Assembly (NCBI GenBank): GCA_964595865.1
Contig: CAZQRL010000006.1
Span: forward strand, 71,738-135,737
Length of the DNA: 64,000 nt
Direction of reading: 5' to 3'
Source of the DNA: an uncultured Chthoniobacteraceae bacterium
GTDB lineage: Bacteria > Verrucomicrobiota > Verrucomicrobiia > Chthoniobacterales > DYNR01
The position numbers and the translations under genes were made by a program. This document shows, piece by piece, positions 1-9,664 of the stretch; position 1 is the first letter of the stretch, and each line of letters begins with the position of its first letter. The notes beneath the pieces are model-generated. The model saw only the letters and a program-made list of their open reading frames with translations. It was not told the origin of the DNA and ran no database searches.

Positions 1-637
1 TTTGGGTCTCTTCCAAATCAATCATATCGTAAAGCGCGTCATAGAGGGGACGCAGATAGGGAAGGATTTTCTCCTGCAAATCGCCGGGGAGGAAACCAAG
101 CGCCTCGCCGGCTTCAACGGCCGGTCGGGTGAGGATGATGCGGCCGACTTTTTCCGACTTGAGAGCGGAAACCGCTAGGGCGACGGCAAGGTAGGTTTTG
201 CCTGTGCCGGCCGGCCCAAGGCCAAAGGTGATGTCGTGATTCCGAATGGCATGAACGTAGGCTTTCTGGCCATCAGTGCGGGGAATCACGGGCGGTTTGT
301 TGCGCGAGCAGGTGATCTTGGTTTCCAGCAAATCCCCCAAACGCACTTCGCGCCCCTCGGTCACGGATTCCAGCGCATAGAGAAACTCGTGTCGTCGGAT
401 GACCACGCCCTTTTGTCGTGCGGCATCCAACTGCGAAAAGACCGCCCGGGCTTTCTCCACGCCGGCCGGATCGCCTTCAATCCGGATCCAAGCATCGCGG
501 GTGGTGATGCGAACCCCAAATCGCCCTTCGACTTCGCGCAGCAGCTTCTCTTCGTTGCCAAACAAGGCATGAATGGCCCGGGCGTTTTCCAGCTCGAGGA
601 TAAAAGACTCGGTAGGCTGGGGCCCGGACGTGGCCAC
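1..637 (-). CDS. phoH: PhoH-family ATPase (3' end truncated by window edge; not in ORF track)
   Basis: Manual translation of the minus strand gives ITFGLGPAGTGKTYLAV...RIILTRPAVEAGEALGFLPGDLQEKILPYLRPLYDAL. GTG start at 637 is inferred. Confidence 0.9.
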   Translation of the reverse strand, partial: MATSGPQPTESFILELENARAIHALFGNEEKLLREVEGRFGVRITTRDAWIRIEGDPAGVEKARAVFSQLDAARQKGVVIRRHEFLYALESVTEGREVRLGDLLETKITCSRNKPPVIPRTDGQKAYVHAIRNHDITFGLGPAGTGKTYLAVALAVSALKSEKVGRIILTRPAVEAGEALGFLPGDLQEKILPYLRPLYDALYDMIDLEETQ

Positions 638-650
638 TGGAGGGGCAGCG

Positions 651-1115
651 TCAGCGGAACCCATAAACCAGAGCCCAAGCGGTGCGTTCGGCGGGCGATT
701 TTTCCACCGTCACAATCGCCCAGTAAGCACCTGTCTGAGCAGGCACGATGCGTGCTCCGGCAAATCGTCCGCGATGCCAAAACTCGGACTCCGCGAGGTT
801 GCCATTGGCATCGTAGAGGTGGACTGTCACCACGGCGTTGCGCACGTCCGTGCCAACAATAAACCAATATTCGTTGCCGCGAAAAAGTTGCGCCCGCACC
901 GCTTTTTGGTCGCCAAGCCCAAGGTCGCCGCCCCAGGCATCTTCCCGGAAGGTGAAGCCTTGTTTAACGTAGGGGGCGGCTCCTTCGTAAGCGAAAGAAA
1001 GCGCATCGTTGACCGTGGCACGCAGAGCGGGGGACGAAACCAGCAGGAGACCCGCCAGCAGGGAGGCGGCGCAGGCCAGGCGCGGAAGTTGGAAAATTGC
1101 GGTCCGGGAGATCAT
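651..1115 (-). CDS. Secreted hypothetical protein (beta-rich)
   Basis: 154-aa ORF with signal peptide (LLAGLLLVSSPALRA). Overlaps the stop of the upstream gene by 4 nt. Confidence 0.7.
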   Translation of the reverse strand: MISRTAIFQLPRLACAASLLAGLLLVSSPALRATVNDALSFAYEGAAPYVKQGFTFREDAWGGDLGLGDQKAVRAQLFRGNEYWFIVGTDVRNAVVTVHLYDANGNLAESEFWHRGRFAGARIVPAQTGAYWAIVTVEKSPAERTAWALVYGFR

Positions 1116-1948
1116 TGTGGGTTAGCGGAGATGGACTGCACGAGCTCGGCGGACATCTGGTTGATTTTTTCCACATCGGCGAGGGAAATTTGGGAACCAT
1201 CGGTCTGCCCGATGAGCGGGCGGATTTGCTCGAGGGTTTTGCGGATGCGAGCCACCAGGGGATTTTTCCGCAGGGAAGGAGGCATGGCATCAATGCGTTT
1301 AATGAAATAGGCGATCAATTCCGGTTGGTGCAGGAGTTCCGCTTTGTCAGGCCGATATTCCTTCCGCACGATCGAGGTCAGGACTTCGGTGCCGCGGATC
1401 CAGCCGCCGAGGCTAACCAACTGAGCCAAGTCGCGGTCGTTGAGTTCTTCCATGGCTCCCCGCACGTCTTGCAGGGCACCATCAAACTCCCGCCGGGCCT
1501 CCAGCCAGCGCTTCTTCTCGGCTTTGTCCACAATGCTTTTGCTGCGGGCAATAACGGCTTCACGCACGTTGATCGCCCCGGCCAGGGTGAGGACATCGCG
1601 CCCGAGGTCTTTGATTTTCTCGGAGTCTTTGGCCTCCACGGCGACGAATCCATCGGCGATCACCGTGCCCAAAAGCAGCGCCACCTGCGCCCGGTCTCCG
1701 GTATTGCGTCCGGGTTTTTCCCGCAACTCGCCGCGCCAATTCGGGGAACCGAGTTTGTCCAGAACGTTGAAAACCTCACTCGGCACTGGCACCACCACAT
1801 CCTCGACCGAAGCGGCGGGGAAGTTGCGCGCCACTGCGCCCGGGGCTTCGGGGGGCGAGTCAGCGAGAGATTGGGCCGGAGCGGAAAGGGTGCATCCGAG
1901 AAAGACAGAACCGACCAGAAGAGGGTGGCCGAGGATATGGAGATTCAT
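1112..1948 (-). CDS. Secreted/periplasmic all-helical hypothetical protein
   Basis: 278-aa ORF with signal peptide and amphipathic helices; first gene of the run toward phoH. Confidence 0.75.
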   Translation of the reverse strand: MNLHILGHPLLVGSVFLGCTLSAPAQSLADSPPEAPGAVARNFPAASVEDVVVPVPSEVFNVLDKLGSPNWRGELREKPGRNTGDRAQVALLLGTVIADGFVAVEAKDSEKIKDLGRDVLTLAGAINVREAVIARSKSIVDKAEKKRWLEARREFDGALQDVRGAMEELNDRDLAQLVSLGGWIRGTEVLTSIVRKEYRPDKAELLHQPELIAYFIKRIDAMPPSLRKNPLVARIRKTLEQIRPLIGQTDGSQISLADVEKINQMSAELVQSISANPQ

Positions 1949-2012
1949 GGGCAGGGTGATTTCCCTTTCGACGCGCAGGATTTTTGCCGTAAGGTCATAG
2001 GCTTATCTTGAA

Positions 2013-3002
2013 ATGAACAAGCACAGATTACAACAAGTTCTTGCAGCTGCAGCGGAACGCTCGGCGGTGGTCCTGGGAGACGTGATGCTGGACCGGTTTA
2101 TCTACGGCAAGGTCTCCCGCATCTCCCCGGAGGCCCCTGTGCCCGTCGTGGAAGTTCATCGAGAGGCTTCTTACCCGGGCGGGGCGGCGAACGTGGCGCG
2201 GAATCTGGCTCCCTTCTGCCGCGAGGTGCATTTGGGCGGCGCGGTCGGGGAGGATGCCGCCGGGCAGGACCTGCGTCGCTTGTTGGAAGCAGAAAACGTC
2301 GCCACTAGCCTGCTGCGGGAGGTTGCCGGACAAACCACCACCGTCAAAACACGCGTGATTGCCCGCCAGCAGCAAGTTGTGAGGGTGGATCGGGAACGTC
2401 CTCGACAACTCGATGCTGCTTCCCGCGATGGCTTCCTGCATCGTCTGGAAGAGACTCTCCCGGCGATTGATGCCTTGGTCTTGGAAGACTACGGGAAAGG
2501 TTTTTTCACCCAGGAGTTGGTGGAAAGCATTGTCCGGTTGGCGCAAGGTAAAGTCGTCACCGTGGATCCGAATCCCCGGAATCCGCTGCGATGGGAAGGC
2601 GTCACGGCGATCAAACCCAATCGCTCGGAGGCCTTTGCCATGGCCGGTCGGCCGGATCCCGGGGCGGAGGAAAATCCTCTTGGTGATGGCCCGCTGCTCG
2701 AAGTGGCCACGATTTTGCTGGAACGCTGGCATCCACAATGCCTGCTCATCACCCTCGGAGAGCACGGCATGCTCCTTTGCGAACGGAATGGCGCACAGCA
2801 TCATTTTCCAAGCCGGGTGCAGGAGGTCTTCGACGTTTCCGGCGCGGGGGATACTGCGGTGGCGGTCTTCACGGCTGCATTAGCGGGGGGCGGCACTCCA
2901 GCCGAGGCTGCGGAGCTCTCAAACCTCGCCAGTGGCATCGTAGTGGGAAAACTCGGCACTGCGACCCTGACCCGCGAGGAACTGCTGGCGCGGCTGCAAT
3001 GA
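2013..3002 (+). CDS. rfaE1: D-glycero-beta-D-manno-heptose-7-phosphate kinase (PfkB family, stand-alone kinase domain)
   Basis: VLGDVMLDRFIYGKVSRISPEAPVPV, GGAANVA, DVSGAGDT motifs. Confidence 0.9.
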   Translation: MNKHRLQQVLAAAAERSAVVLGDVMLDRFIYGKVSRISPEAPVPVVEVHREASYPGGAANVARNLAPFCREVHLGGAVGEDAAGQDLRRLLEAENVATSLLREVAGQTTTVKTRVIARQQQVVRVDRERPRQLDAASRDGFLHRLEETLPAIDALVLEDYGKGFFTQELVESIVRLAQGKVVTVDPNPRNPLRWEGVTAIKPNRSEAFAMAGRPDPGAEENPLGDGPLLEVATILLERWHPQCLLITLGEHGMLLCERNGAQHHFPSRVQEVFDVSGAGDTAVAVFTAALAGGGTPAEAAELSNLASGIVVGKLGTATLTREELLARLQ

Positions 3003-3889
3003 TTTCTCAGCCCTGGTCCGCTCCAGATGGCGCGGAGCTTTCTTATGTAATTTGGCCAGCCGCAGGCCAGGAGCGATTCCGCGTGTTCGTGCTGCACGGC
3101 ATGGGCTCCACCGCCTACGAGTTTGCTGTCTTGGGGGAGTATCTGCAACGGTTTCAGGGCAGTGTTTTGGCCCTAAATCAGCGTGCTAATGGGTTGGATC
3201 CTGATCCCCGCCGAAGGGGGCATGATTTTTGTTGGGAAAAGTCCCGGGAAGATCTGCTGGCCTGGATCTGCGCCGCGCAGATGCCTGCTGCGTCGGAGTC
3301 CCGGCCAGTCCCGTGTTTTCTGCTGGGTGAAAGCCTCGGGGCTCTGCAAGCCGCCCTGCTGGCTTGCGAGAGCTCCCTGCGAAAGAACTTTTCGGGCGTG
3401 ATTTTGCTCAACCCCGTGGTGGATTTGCGGCAGAAGACCTCAGACTGGCTCATTGCCTTACTACGCGGGGTGGCACTTCTCTTTCCGCGATTGGTGCTCT
3501 CGCCATTCTGGTTCGTGCACGGGAAATCCACCCCGTTGGTCTTGACGCGGGATCCGGCCTACCAAGAACACATGCAAACTTCACCGTCTCGCATCCCGGC
3601 CTATACGCTACGGCACACCGTGGAAGTTAGCCGCGTCATGGAGTTGGCCCGGGCTGCGGCCCCAAAAATCCAGCTCCCTCTGCTGCATCTGGTCAGTGGG
3701 CAGGATGCCTTTTTGGATCCCTCCCAAGCCCGGGAGTGGTTCGAGCGGGTCGGCGTGGCGGATAAAAGCCGGGTTGAATTCCCCGAGGCCCATCATATTC
3801 TTCTTCACGACTGGGACGCCGCCGCCGTCTTAGAAACCATTCTCTTCTGGATATCTTCCCACCTTCCCGCTCTCCCTTCCGCGTCGTGA
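2999..3889 (+). CDS. Alpha/beta hydrolase (lysophospholipase-like)
   Basis: LHGMG, GESLG nucleophile elbow, D and HILLH catalytic positions. ATG at 2999 overlaps the rfaE1 stop. Confidence 0.8.
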   Translation: MISQPWSAPDGAELSYVIWPAAGQERFRVFVLHGMGSTAYEFAVLGEYLQRFQGSVLALNQRANGLDPDPRRRGHDFCWEKSREDLLAWICAAQMPAASESRPVPCFLLGESLGALQAALLACESSLRKNFSGVILLNPVVDLRQKTSDWLIALLRGVALLFPRLVLSPFWFVHGKSTPLVLTRDPAYQEHMQTSPSRIPAYTLRHTVEVSRVMELARAAAPKIQLPLLHLVSGQDAFLDPSQAREWFERVGVADKSRVEFPEAHHILLHDWDAAAVLETILFWISSHLPALPSAS

Positions 3890-4482
3890 GGTTTTCCCCG
3901 CTAATTCAACTTTCCCCCGCTTGGCCGCTGGCCTTGATTCTGCTGCTTCTGGGGGGATGTGCCACGCCGCCTCCCAAGGTGGTGGTGCCTCCAGACCAAA
4001 AGCCTGAACCGCTTTATACCGTGGTGTCCACGCAGACTGGAAAGGCCTCTTATTACTACGGACGATGGATTGGCCGGAAAACCGCCAATGGGGAGATCTA
4101 CCGGGCGACGGACGTCACTGCCGCACACAAGACTTTGCCATTCAATACCATGGTGCGAGTGACCAATCTGAACAACGGCAAGCAGGTAATCGTGCGGATC
4201 AACAATCGCGGTCCCTACGTGCGTGGCCGGATTCTCGACCTCAGCTTGGCTGCCGCGCGGCAGATTGACATGACCCAGGCTGGGGTGGTCCCCATTCGGA
4301 TGGAAGTGCTGCGGGCGGTGCCCATCCAAGAAAAACCAAATCTCAAACTTCACCTCCCACCGCCGCAGCCTTCGCCAACCCCCACCGCCACTCCCAAACC
4401 AAACCGGAGCGAACCGACTCCAACACCCTCCGCAACCCCTAAAGCGCGCCCCAATCTCAAACCGCAGCGAGGTTCGCGGTAA
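3886..4482 (+). CDS. rlpA: RlpA-family lipoprotein (DPBB lytic transglycosylase) with Pro/Thr-rich tail
   Basis: Lipobox LLGGC; GKASYY, TANGE, TAAHKTLPF, VRINNRGPY, ILDLS motifs. Confidence 0.9.
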   Translation: MRFSPLIQLSPAWPLALILLLLGGCATPPPKVVVPPDQKPEPLYTVVSTQTGKASYYYGRWIGRKTANGEIYRATDVTAAHKTLPFNTMVRVTNLNNGKQVIVRINNRGPYVRGRILDLSLAAARQIDMTQAGVVPIRMEVLRAVPIQEKPNLKLHLPPPQPSPTPTATPKPNRSEPTPTPSATPKARPNLKPQRGSR

Positions 4483-4564
4483 GGCGTCCTGGATTTATCT
4501 CGGGCAGAACGCAGGAACCTTGCCGCTGAGCAAAGCTGCTGCTAGTAGGAGCTGCCAACGTCTC

Positions 4565-6292
4565 ATGTCGGCTTGCCTTGTCTCTCTGCGCATCAAGAAC
4601 CTCGCCCTCGTCGAGGAGTTGACTTGGCGGCCGGGCCCAGGCTTCAACGCCATTTCGGGGGAGACTGGAGCCGGAAAATCGGTCTTGCTCGGAGCGCTGA
4701 ATTTGCTCCTGGGTGAGCGGGCCGAAAAATCCCTCATCCGCACCGGAGCAGACTCCTGCGCCATCGAAGCCATTTTTGCCACCGACCGCCCGGAGCACTA
4801 TGATCACCTTCTGGCAGAGTCCGGAATCGAGCCCTGCCAGGATGGCCACCTGCTGCTCAAACGCGCCATCACCCCCACCGGGAGCCGACAATTCGTCAAT
4901 GGCTCGCCTTGCACTCTGGCCACTCTCAAGCTGCTTGGGGATTCGCTGGTGGATTTACACGGTCCGCACGAACATCAATCGCTCTTTTCCCGGGAGTTGC
5001 AGACACAAATCCTCGATGATTACAGCGGGTTGCAGGAGACGCGCGCGGCCTACACCCAAGCCCGGCGGAAATTGCTGACTTTGCAAGCCGAGGCGACTGC
5101 GCTGGCTGAAGATGCCGAGTCGGCTTACCGCGAGCTTGAGCTTCTGCGGTATCAGGTGCAGGAAATTGAAGCTGCGGCTTTGCAGGATCCGAACGAAGAG
5201 GAGGAACTCCTGCGTCGGCAAAAAGTCACCGAGAACGCCCGACGGCTTCTGGAACTCGGCGGCGAAGCATTGGCCATGGTGGACGAGGGCGAATTTTCCC
5301 TTTCCTCCCGTGTGGGGGAGCTGGGTCGCCTGCTGCGAGAAATGGCCCGCCTGGATCCCGCCGCCGCTCCCTGGGAAGCCGAACAGCTCGCTATCCATGA
5401 ATCCCTGAGCACCCTTTCGCGCGGTTTGGCCGGATATCTCGTCACCTTGGAGGATGATCCCGAAGAGCGCCGGGCCTTGGCCGAGCGGCTGGATCTCCTA
5501 CAAACGCTGAAACGCAAATACGGGCCAACAATTCCCGCCATACTGGAATTTGCCCGCGAGCGCCAAAAGCGACTTGAAGCATTGGAAAATCGCGCGCAAC
5601 GCGGGGCGCATCTCGAAGGGGAAATTCGTGCTGCCAAGCAGGAAGTGTTGCGTCTGGCAGAGAAGCTGGGAGAGGGGAGGAAACGGGGCTCGGCGGCCCT
5701 AGCGAAGGCAGTCGTTTTGCAGTTGGGCGAACTAGGTTTCCGCCAGGCAGGCTTTCAGATCAGCCTGGAAGGGCTTGGCGAACCCGGACCGCACGGCCAG
5801 GAGTTGGCGGAATTTGTCTTCGCTCCCAATCCCGGCGAGGCGCCGCGGCCTCTGCGCCAGATTGCCTCCAGTGGGGAAATCTCCCGCGTGATGCTGGCCT
5901 TGAAATGCGTCCTGGCCGAACAGGATGAGGTCAGTTTGCTGGTTTTTGATGAGATTGATGCCAATGTGGGCGGTGAGACGGCCACCAAAGTCGGAGAAAA
6001 AATGCGCCAGCTTGGAGCCAAACGACAGGTGCTCTGCATTTCTCACTTGCCTCAGGTTGTGGCAGCTGCAGCCACGCATTTTGTGGTGGAGAAGGAAGTA
6101 GAGCAGGGGCGAACCACCTCGCGCCTTCGTGAGGTGCGGGGAGGGGAGCGGGAAGAAGAGATCGCGCGGATGCTGGGCGGACGCCAGTCCTCGGCCATTG
6201 AGCACGCCCGTCAGCTCCTGACCTCGGCGCAGCAGGCCACGATCTCGGTCCCGCCCGCCAAACCCAAAAAAAACAAAAAGCCTGTCGCATGA
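4565..6292 (+). CDS. recN: DNA repair protein RecN
   Basis: LRIKNLALVEEL, GETGAGKS Walker A, IASSGEISRVMLALK, LVFDEIDANVGG. Confidence 0.95.
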   Translation: MSACLVSLRIKNLALVEELTWRPGPGFNAISGETGAGKSVLLGALNLLLGERAEKSLIRTGADSCAIEAIFATDRPEHYDHLLAESGIEPCQDGHLLLKRAITPTGSRQFVNGSPCTLATLKLLGDSLVDLHGPHEHQSLFSRELQTQILDDYSGLQETRAAYTQARRKLLTLQAEATALAEDAESAYRELELLRYQVQEIEAAALQDPNEEEELLRRQKVTENARRLLELGGEALAMVDEGEFSLSSRVGELGRLLREMARLDPAAAPWEAEQLAIHESLSTLSRGLAGYLVTLEDDPEERRALAERLDLLQTLKRKYGPTIPAILEFARERQKRLEALENRAQRGAHLEGEIRAAKQEVLRLAEKLGEGRKRGSAALAKAVVLQLGELGFRQAGFQISLEGLGEPGPHGQELAEFVFAPNPGEAPRPLRQIASSGEISRVMLALKCVLAEQDEVSLLVFDEIDANVGGETATKVGEKMRQLGAKRQVLCISHLPQVVAAAATHFVVEKEVEQGRTTSRLREVRGGEREEEIARMLGGRQSSAIEHARQLLTSAQQATISVPPAKPKKNKKPVA

Positions 6293-7512
6293 AACGCCCT
6301 CTGCTGCCCGCCGCGATCATTCTCATTCTCTTGGGGCTCATTCTATGGCGGGAATCCCGAGCCGGATTTTTGCGCGATCTGGACCATGCCGTGGCCAAGT
6401 GGAACTATGCGGCTATGGGAGGGGAAACCGTCGTCGCTCCCGCCGTGGTCCTCGTCCTCCAAGGTGGCATCCGCGGTGAGGAACTTTCCACCCTGGATGT
6501 CGGTCTCTTCACCCGTGCGGCGGCAAGATTGGAGGTTGCGGTGGCTGGGGTGGCGGCTTGGGAAATTGCCAGCGCCCAAGTGCGCCTGGTGCCTCCAGCA
6601 AAGCCCGCCAACGCCTCAGAAAATACCGCACCGCACTTCCTCGGCGGAACCCTCCTTTTGCCACAGCCAACAGTTTCCGGCCAGACTTCGGCCAGCCTGA
6701 AATTCGCTTCCTCCCCCCCAGCGGAATGGCAGTTGCCGCGCTTTGCGGGAAGCTATAGCAATTTTCCTGAAGGAGTGGGATGGCAAACGGGTTTTCTCAA
6801 CCTTCCAGACCGGGGGCCAAATTCCGATCCTACGGTCGGGTATTTGCTGTTGGCCGAGTTTTCCGGTCAACCCGTCCCTTCCTTCGCCCTGGCTGCTGCA
6901 CTGGGAAGCTCTCCGGACACCCCGCTGAGAATTTCGGATAGTGGCAGCATGCTTTGGGGAAACTTCCTCGTGCCGCTGCAACCGGGCGGGATTCTCATTC
7001 CCGGAGCCGGTCTCCTGAGAAAATTGCACCGCGTGGATATGGATGATTTATTGCTGGAAGCCGAGCGGCGGGAGAAAAACCTTCCGGGCGACGAGAACCT
7101 GCGGCAGGTCCTGGCGGGATCCGTGGCTATTCTTGGCACGCTGGCCCAAGATGAGGAAATCCTTACCGCACCTGGTTCTGCGCGGCGACTCTCGCTGGTG
7201 GAACTCCAAGGCCTGGCGTTGCAGAGCCTATTTTCAGCTCTCGAACCTCCCTGCGCGCCATGGTGGGTTGGGGGACTCATCCTTCTCTGCCTGCTCCCTT
7301 TGCTGCTGGGTCTCTGGTTCATCCCGCCGGGCACCGCTTCGTTGGTGGCCACGCTGCTCCTTTGTGGCTCGCTCCTGCTCGGTGGGGCCCTCGCCGTGCA
7401 AACGCAGATCCTCTTCCCAGCCATGCTCCCATCGGTGCTCTGGCCGGCGGCGGCTTTGCTGCGCCACGTCCTCCGCCGTCCAAGAATCTCAGCCGCAGCC
7501 CTTGGAAAATAG
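6289..7512 (+). CDS. Membrane protein with CHASE2-like extracytoplasmic domain
   Basis: N-terminal TM, large loop with LAGSVAILG and LSLVELQGLALQSL segments resembling CHASE2 motifs, then about 3 C-terminal TM helices. Confidence 0.5.
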   Translation: MKRPLLPAAIILILLGLILWRESRAGFLRDLDHAVAKWNYAAMGGETVVAPAVVLVLQGGIRGEELSTLDVGLFTRAAARLEVAVAGVAAWEIASAQVRLVPPAKPANASENTAPHFLGGTLLLPQPTVSGQTSASLKFASSPPAEWQLPRFAGSYSNFPEGVGWQTGFLNLPDRGPNSDPTVGYLLLAEFSGQPVPSFALAAALGSSPDTPLRISDSGSMLWGNFLVPLQPGGILIPGAGLLRKLHRVDMDDLLLEAERREKNLPGDENLRQVLAGSVAILGTLAQDEEILTAPGSARRLSLVELQGLALQSLFSALEPPCAPWWVGGLILLCLLPLLLGLWFIPPGTASLVATLLLCGSLLLGGALAVQTQILFPAMLPSVLWPAAALLRHVLRRPRISAAALGK

Positions 7513-7522
7513 CACCCTCACT

Positions 7523-8026
7523 ATGGTCAAAACCCGCATCGCCTCGTTGATCGTCCTCTTGCTGGGGGCATGGGTTTGCATGAGCTGCCAGCCTCGCACG
7601 GTCGAGCCCGTTTCTGCCGCGACCTGGTTTCCCCTGCGCATCGGCTCAGTTTCTCTGCAAGCGCAAATCGCCATCACCCCCGAAGAAATGGCTACTGGCC
7701 TCATGCATCGCGCCAGCCTGGGGGCGGACCAAGGCATGCTTTTCGTCTTTCCCGGGCCCGGTCCGCGCGCGTTCTACATGCTCAATACCATGATTCCGCT
7801 TTCCATCGCTTATATCAGCCCACAAGGGGAAATCCTCGAGATCCACGACATGCAACCGCATGATGTGACTTCCATACGCTCCCACAGTGACCAAGTCCAA
7901 TACGCGCTGGAGATGAATCAGGGATGGTTCCGGGATAAAGAAATTACTCCCGGAGCCCGTCTGGATCTGCAACTCGTTGCGGAGGGAATTCGCCAACGGC
8001 AGCAGGCCTTGGGCGCGGATTTCTAA
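7523..8026 (+). CDS. DUF192-family protein
   Basis: IAITPEEMATGLMHR...GMLFVF...FYMLNTMIPLSIAYI...YALEMNQGWF. Confidence 0.85.
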   Translation: MVKTRIASLIVLLLGAWVCMSCQPRTVEPVSAATWFPLRIGSVSLQAQIAITPEEMATGLMHRASLGADQGMLFVFPGPGPRAFYMLNTMIPLSIAYISPQGEILEIHDMQPHDVTSIRSHSDQVQYALEMNQGWFRDKEITPGARLDLQLVAEGIRQRQQALGADF

Positions 8027-8054
8027 AAACGACGGCCCGCTTTGTCCTGGGCGC

Positions 8055-8139
8055 TACCGGTGGTGGGACTCGAACCCACACGGAACTTTCGTTCCAACGG
8101 ATTTTAAGTCCGTTGCGTCTGCCATTTCGCCACACCGGC
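8055..8139 (-). tRNA. tRNA-Leu(TAA), long variable arm, no encoded CCA
   Basis: GCCGGTGTGGCGAAATGGCAGACGCAACGGACTTAAAATCCG...GGGTTCGAGTCCCACCACCGGTA; anticodon loop CT-TAA-AA. Confidence 0.95.
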
Positions 8140-8213
8140 AAGGCAACAGGGAGCAAAACAAAACCGATGCTCTTTGGCGAAACAAATGCGCTGGAGAAAG
8201 ACAATCCACCCTG

Positions 8214-8241
8214 ATTATATATGACATATATTGTGTTTAGT
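8214..8241 (+). other. dif-like / AT-rich palindromic site
   Basis: ATTATATATGA-CATATA-TTGTGTTTAGT; right arm matches 8/11 to the E. coli XerD arm TTATGTTAAAT; contains the perfect inverted repeat ATATATG-A-CATATAT (8217-8231). Confidence 0.35.
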
Positions 8242-8287
8242 TATTGGATAGCCCCGGAAACGGCCGGTTTGCGGAGGATTGCCCGGC

Positions 8288-9664
8288 TCAGGGCCCCGTT
8301 TTGAACTCGGCCACGATCGCTTGCAGGGTTTGTTTGGCGTCGCCGAAGAGCATTCGGGCATTGGGGGCAACGAAGAGCGGATTATCCACGCCGGCAAACC
8401 CCGCTTTCATCGAGCGCTTCATCACGATGACGGTGCGGGCCTGATCCACATTGATGATAGGCATGCCGTAGAGCGGGCTGTTTTTGTCCTCGCGGGCTGC
8501 GGGATTCACGACATCGTTGGCGCCAATGACCAGCGCGATATCCACCGAGGTCATGAGTGGATTGACGTCATCGGTTTCCGCCAACTGCTCATACGGGACA
8601 TCGGCTTCGGCCAAGAGCACATTCATGTGCCCAGGCATACGGCCGGCCACAGCGTGGATGGCAAATTTGACTTCGGTGCCATTGTTTTCGAGGAGTTCCG
8701 CCAGCTCTTTGACCACGTGCTGAGCTTGGGCTACCGCCATGCCGTATCCTGGGACAATAATGACCGAGCGCGCGGCTTCGAGGAGCAAATAGGTATCGCT
8801 GGCAGAGATGGGCTTGGGTTCCCCCTGCAAGGAATCCCCTACTCCGCCAGTGCCGGCCCCGACTCCGCCAAAGAGCACGTTGGCCAGAGAGCGATTCATG
8901 GCTTTACACATGATTTGCGTGAGGATGATGCCGCTGGCACCGACGAGCGCTCCGGAGACGATGAGCACGGTATTACCAATGACAAAGCCTGCCGCGCAGG
9001 CGGCGATGCCGGAGTAGCTATTCAGGAGGGAGATGACCACTGGCATATCGGCACCACCGATTGGAATCACCAGCAGAATGCCCAAAACCAACCCTAGAAC
9101 CACCACCGCCAAGAGCCAAGGGTAAGCTTGGCTGGGCGCGAGGATAAAAAGCGTCCCCAAGGCTACCGTTCCAAGAAGCACGAGAAGATTTAGCCAAATC
9201 TGCCCGGGAAAAATCACCGGCTTCCCGCTGAGGGTCTCGGAGAGTTTGCCGTAGGCCACCAGACTGCCGCTGAAGGTCACCCCACCGATCAAAATAGCCA
9301 AGATCGCAGGCAACGAAGCGCTCAGAGGCATTTCAGGGCGCAAATCGTATTCCGCCCAGGCTACCGCCAAGCTCGCCAGACCGCCAAAGCCATTGAAGAG
9401 CGCGACCATCTCCGGCATGGCCGTCATTGGCACCCGCAAGGCCAGAATCAGCCCGACGGCAGTTCCCAGAACCAGCCCCAAGGCGATCCAATGATACTGC
9501 AGCCCTTGCGCGGTGAGCGTCAGCACCACCGCCAGGAGCATACCCACAGCGGAAATTGTATTTCCTTGCCGGGCAGTGCTTTGTGAACTAAGAAGCTTCA
9601 ACCCCAGGATGAACAGCACCGAGGCGACGATGTAGCCGAGATTGATCCAATCGAACGCAAGCAT
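8288..9664 (-). CDS. pntB: NAD(P) transhydrogenase beta subunit
   Basis: AMPEMVALFNGFGGLAS, GGADMPVVISLLNSYSG, VPGYGMAVAQAQH, VAGRMPGHMNVLLAEA. Confidence 0.97.
   Translation of the reverse strand: MLAFDWINLGYIVASVLFILGLKLLSSQSTARQGNTISAVGMLLAVVLTLTAQGLQYHWIALGLVLGTAVGLILALRVPMTAMPEMVALFNGFGGLASLAVAWAEYDLRPEMPLSASLPAILAILIGGVTFSGSLVAYGKLSETLSGKPVIFPGQIWLNLLVLLGTVALGTLFILAPSQAYPWLLAVVVLGLVLGILLVIPIGGADMPVVISLLNSYSGIAACAAGFVIGNTVLIVSGALVGASGIILTQIMCKAMNRSLANVLFGGVGAGTGGVGDSLQGEPKPISASDTYLLLEAARSVIIVPGYGMAVAQAQHVVKELAELLENNGTEVKFAIHAVAGRMPGHMNVLLAEADVPYEQLAETDDVNPLMTSVDIALVIGANDVVNPAAREDKNSPLYGMPIINVDQARTVIVMKRSMKAGFAGVDNPLFVAPNARMLFGDAKQTLQAIVAEFKTGP

Noticed and set aside
4350-4482. Pro/Thr repeat tail on RlpA
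   Set aside because: An ordinary low-complexity linker or tail, with no further domain.
8027-8139. tRNA-Leu as an island integration site
   Set aside because: No duplicated tRNA 3' end elsewhere in the window and no integrase next to it.
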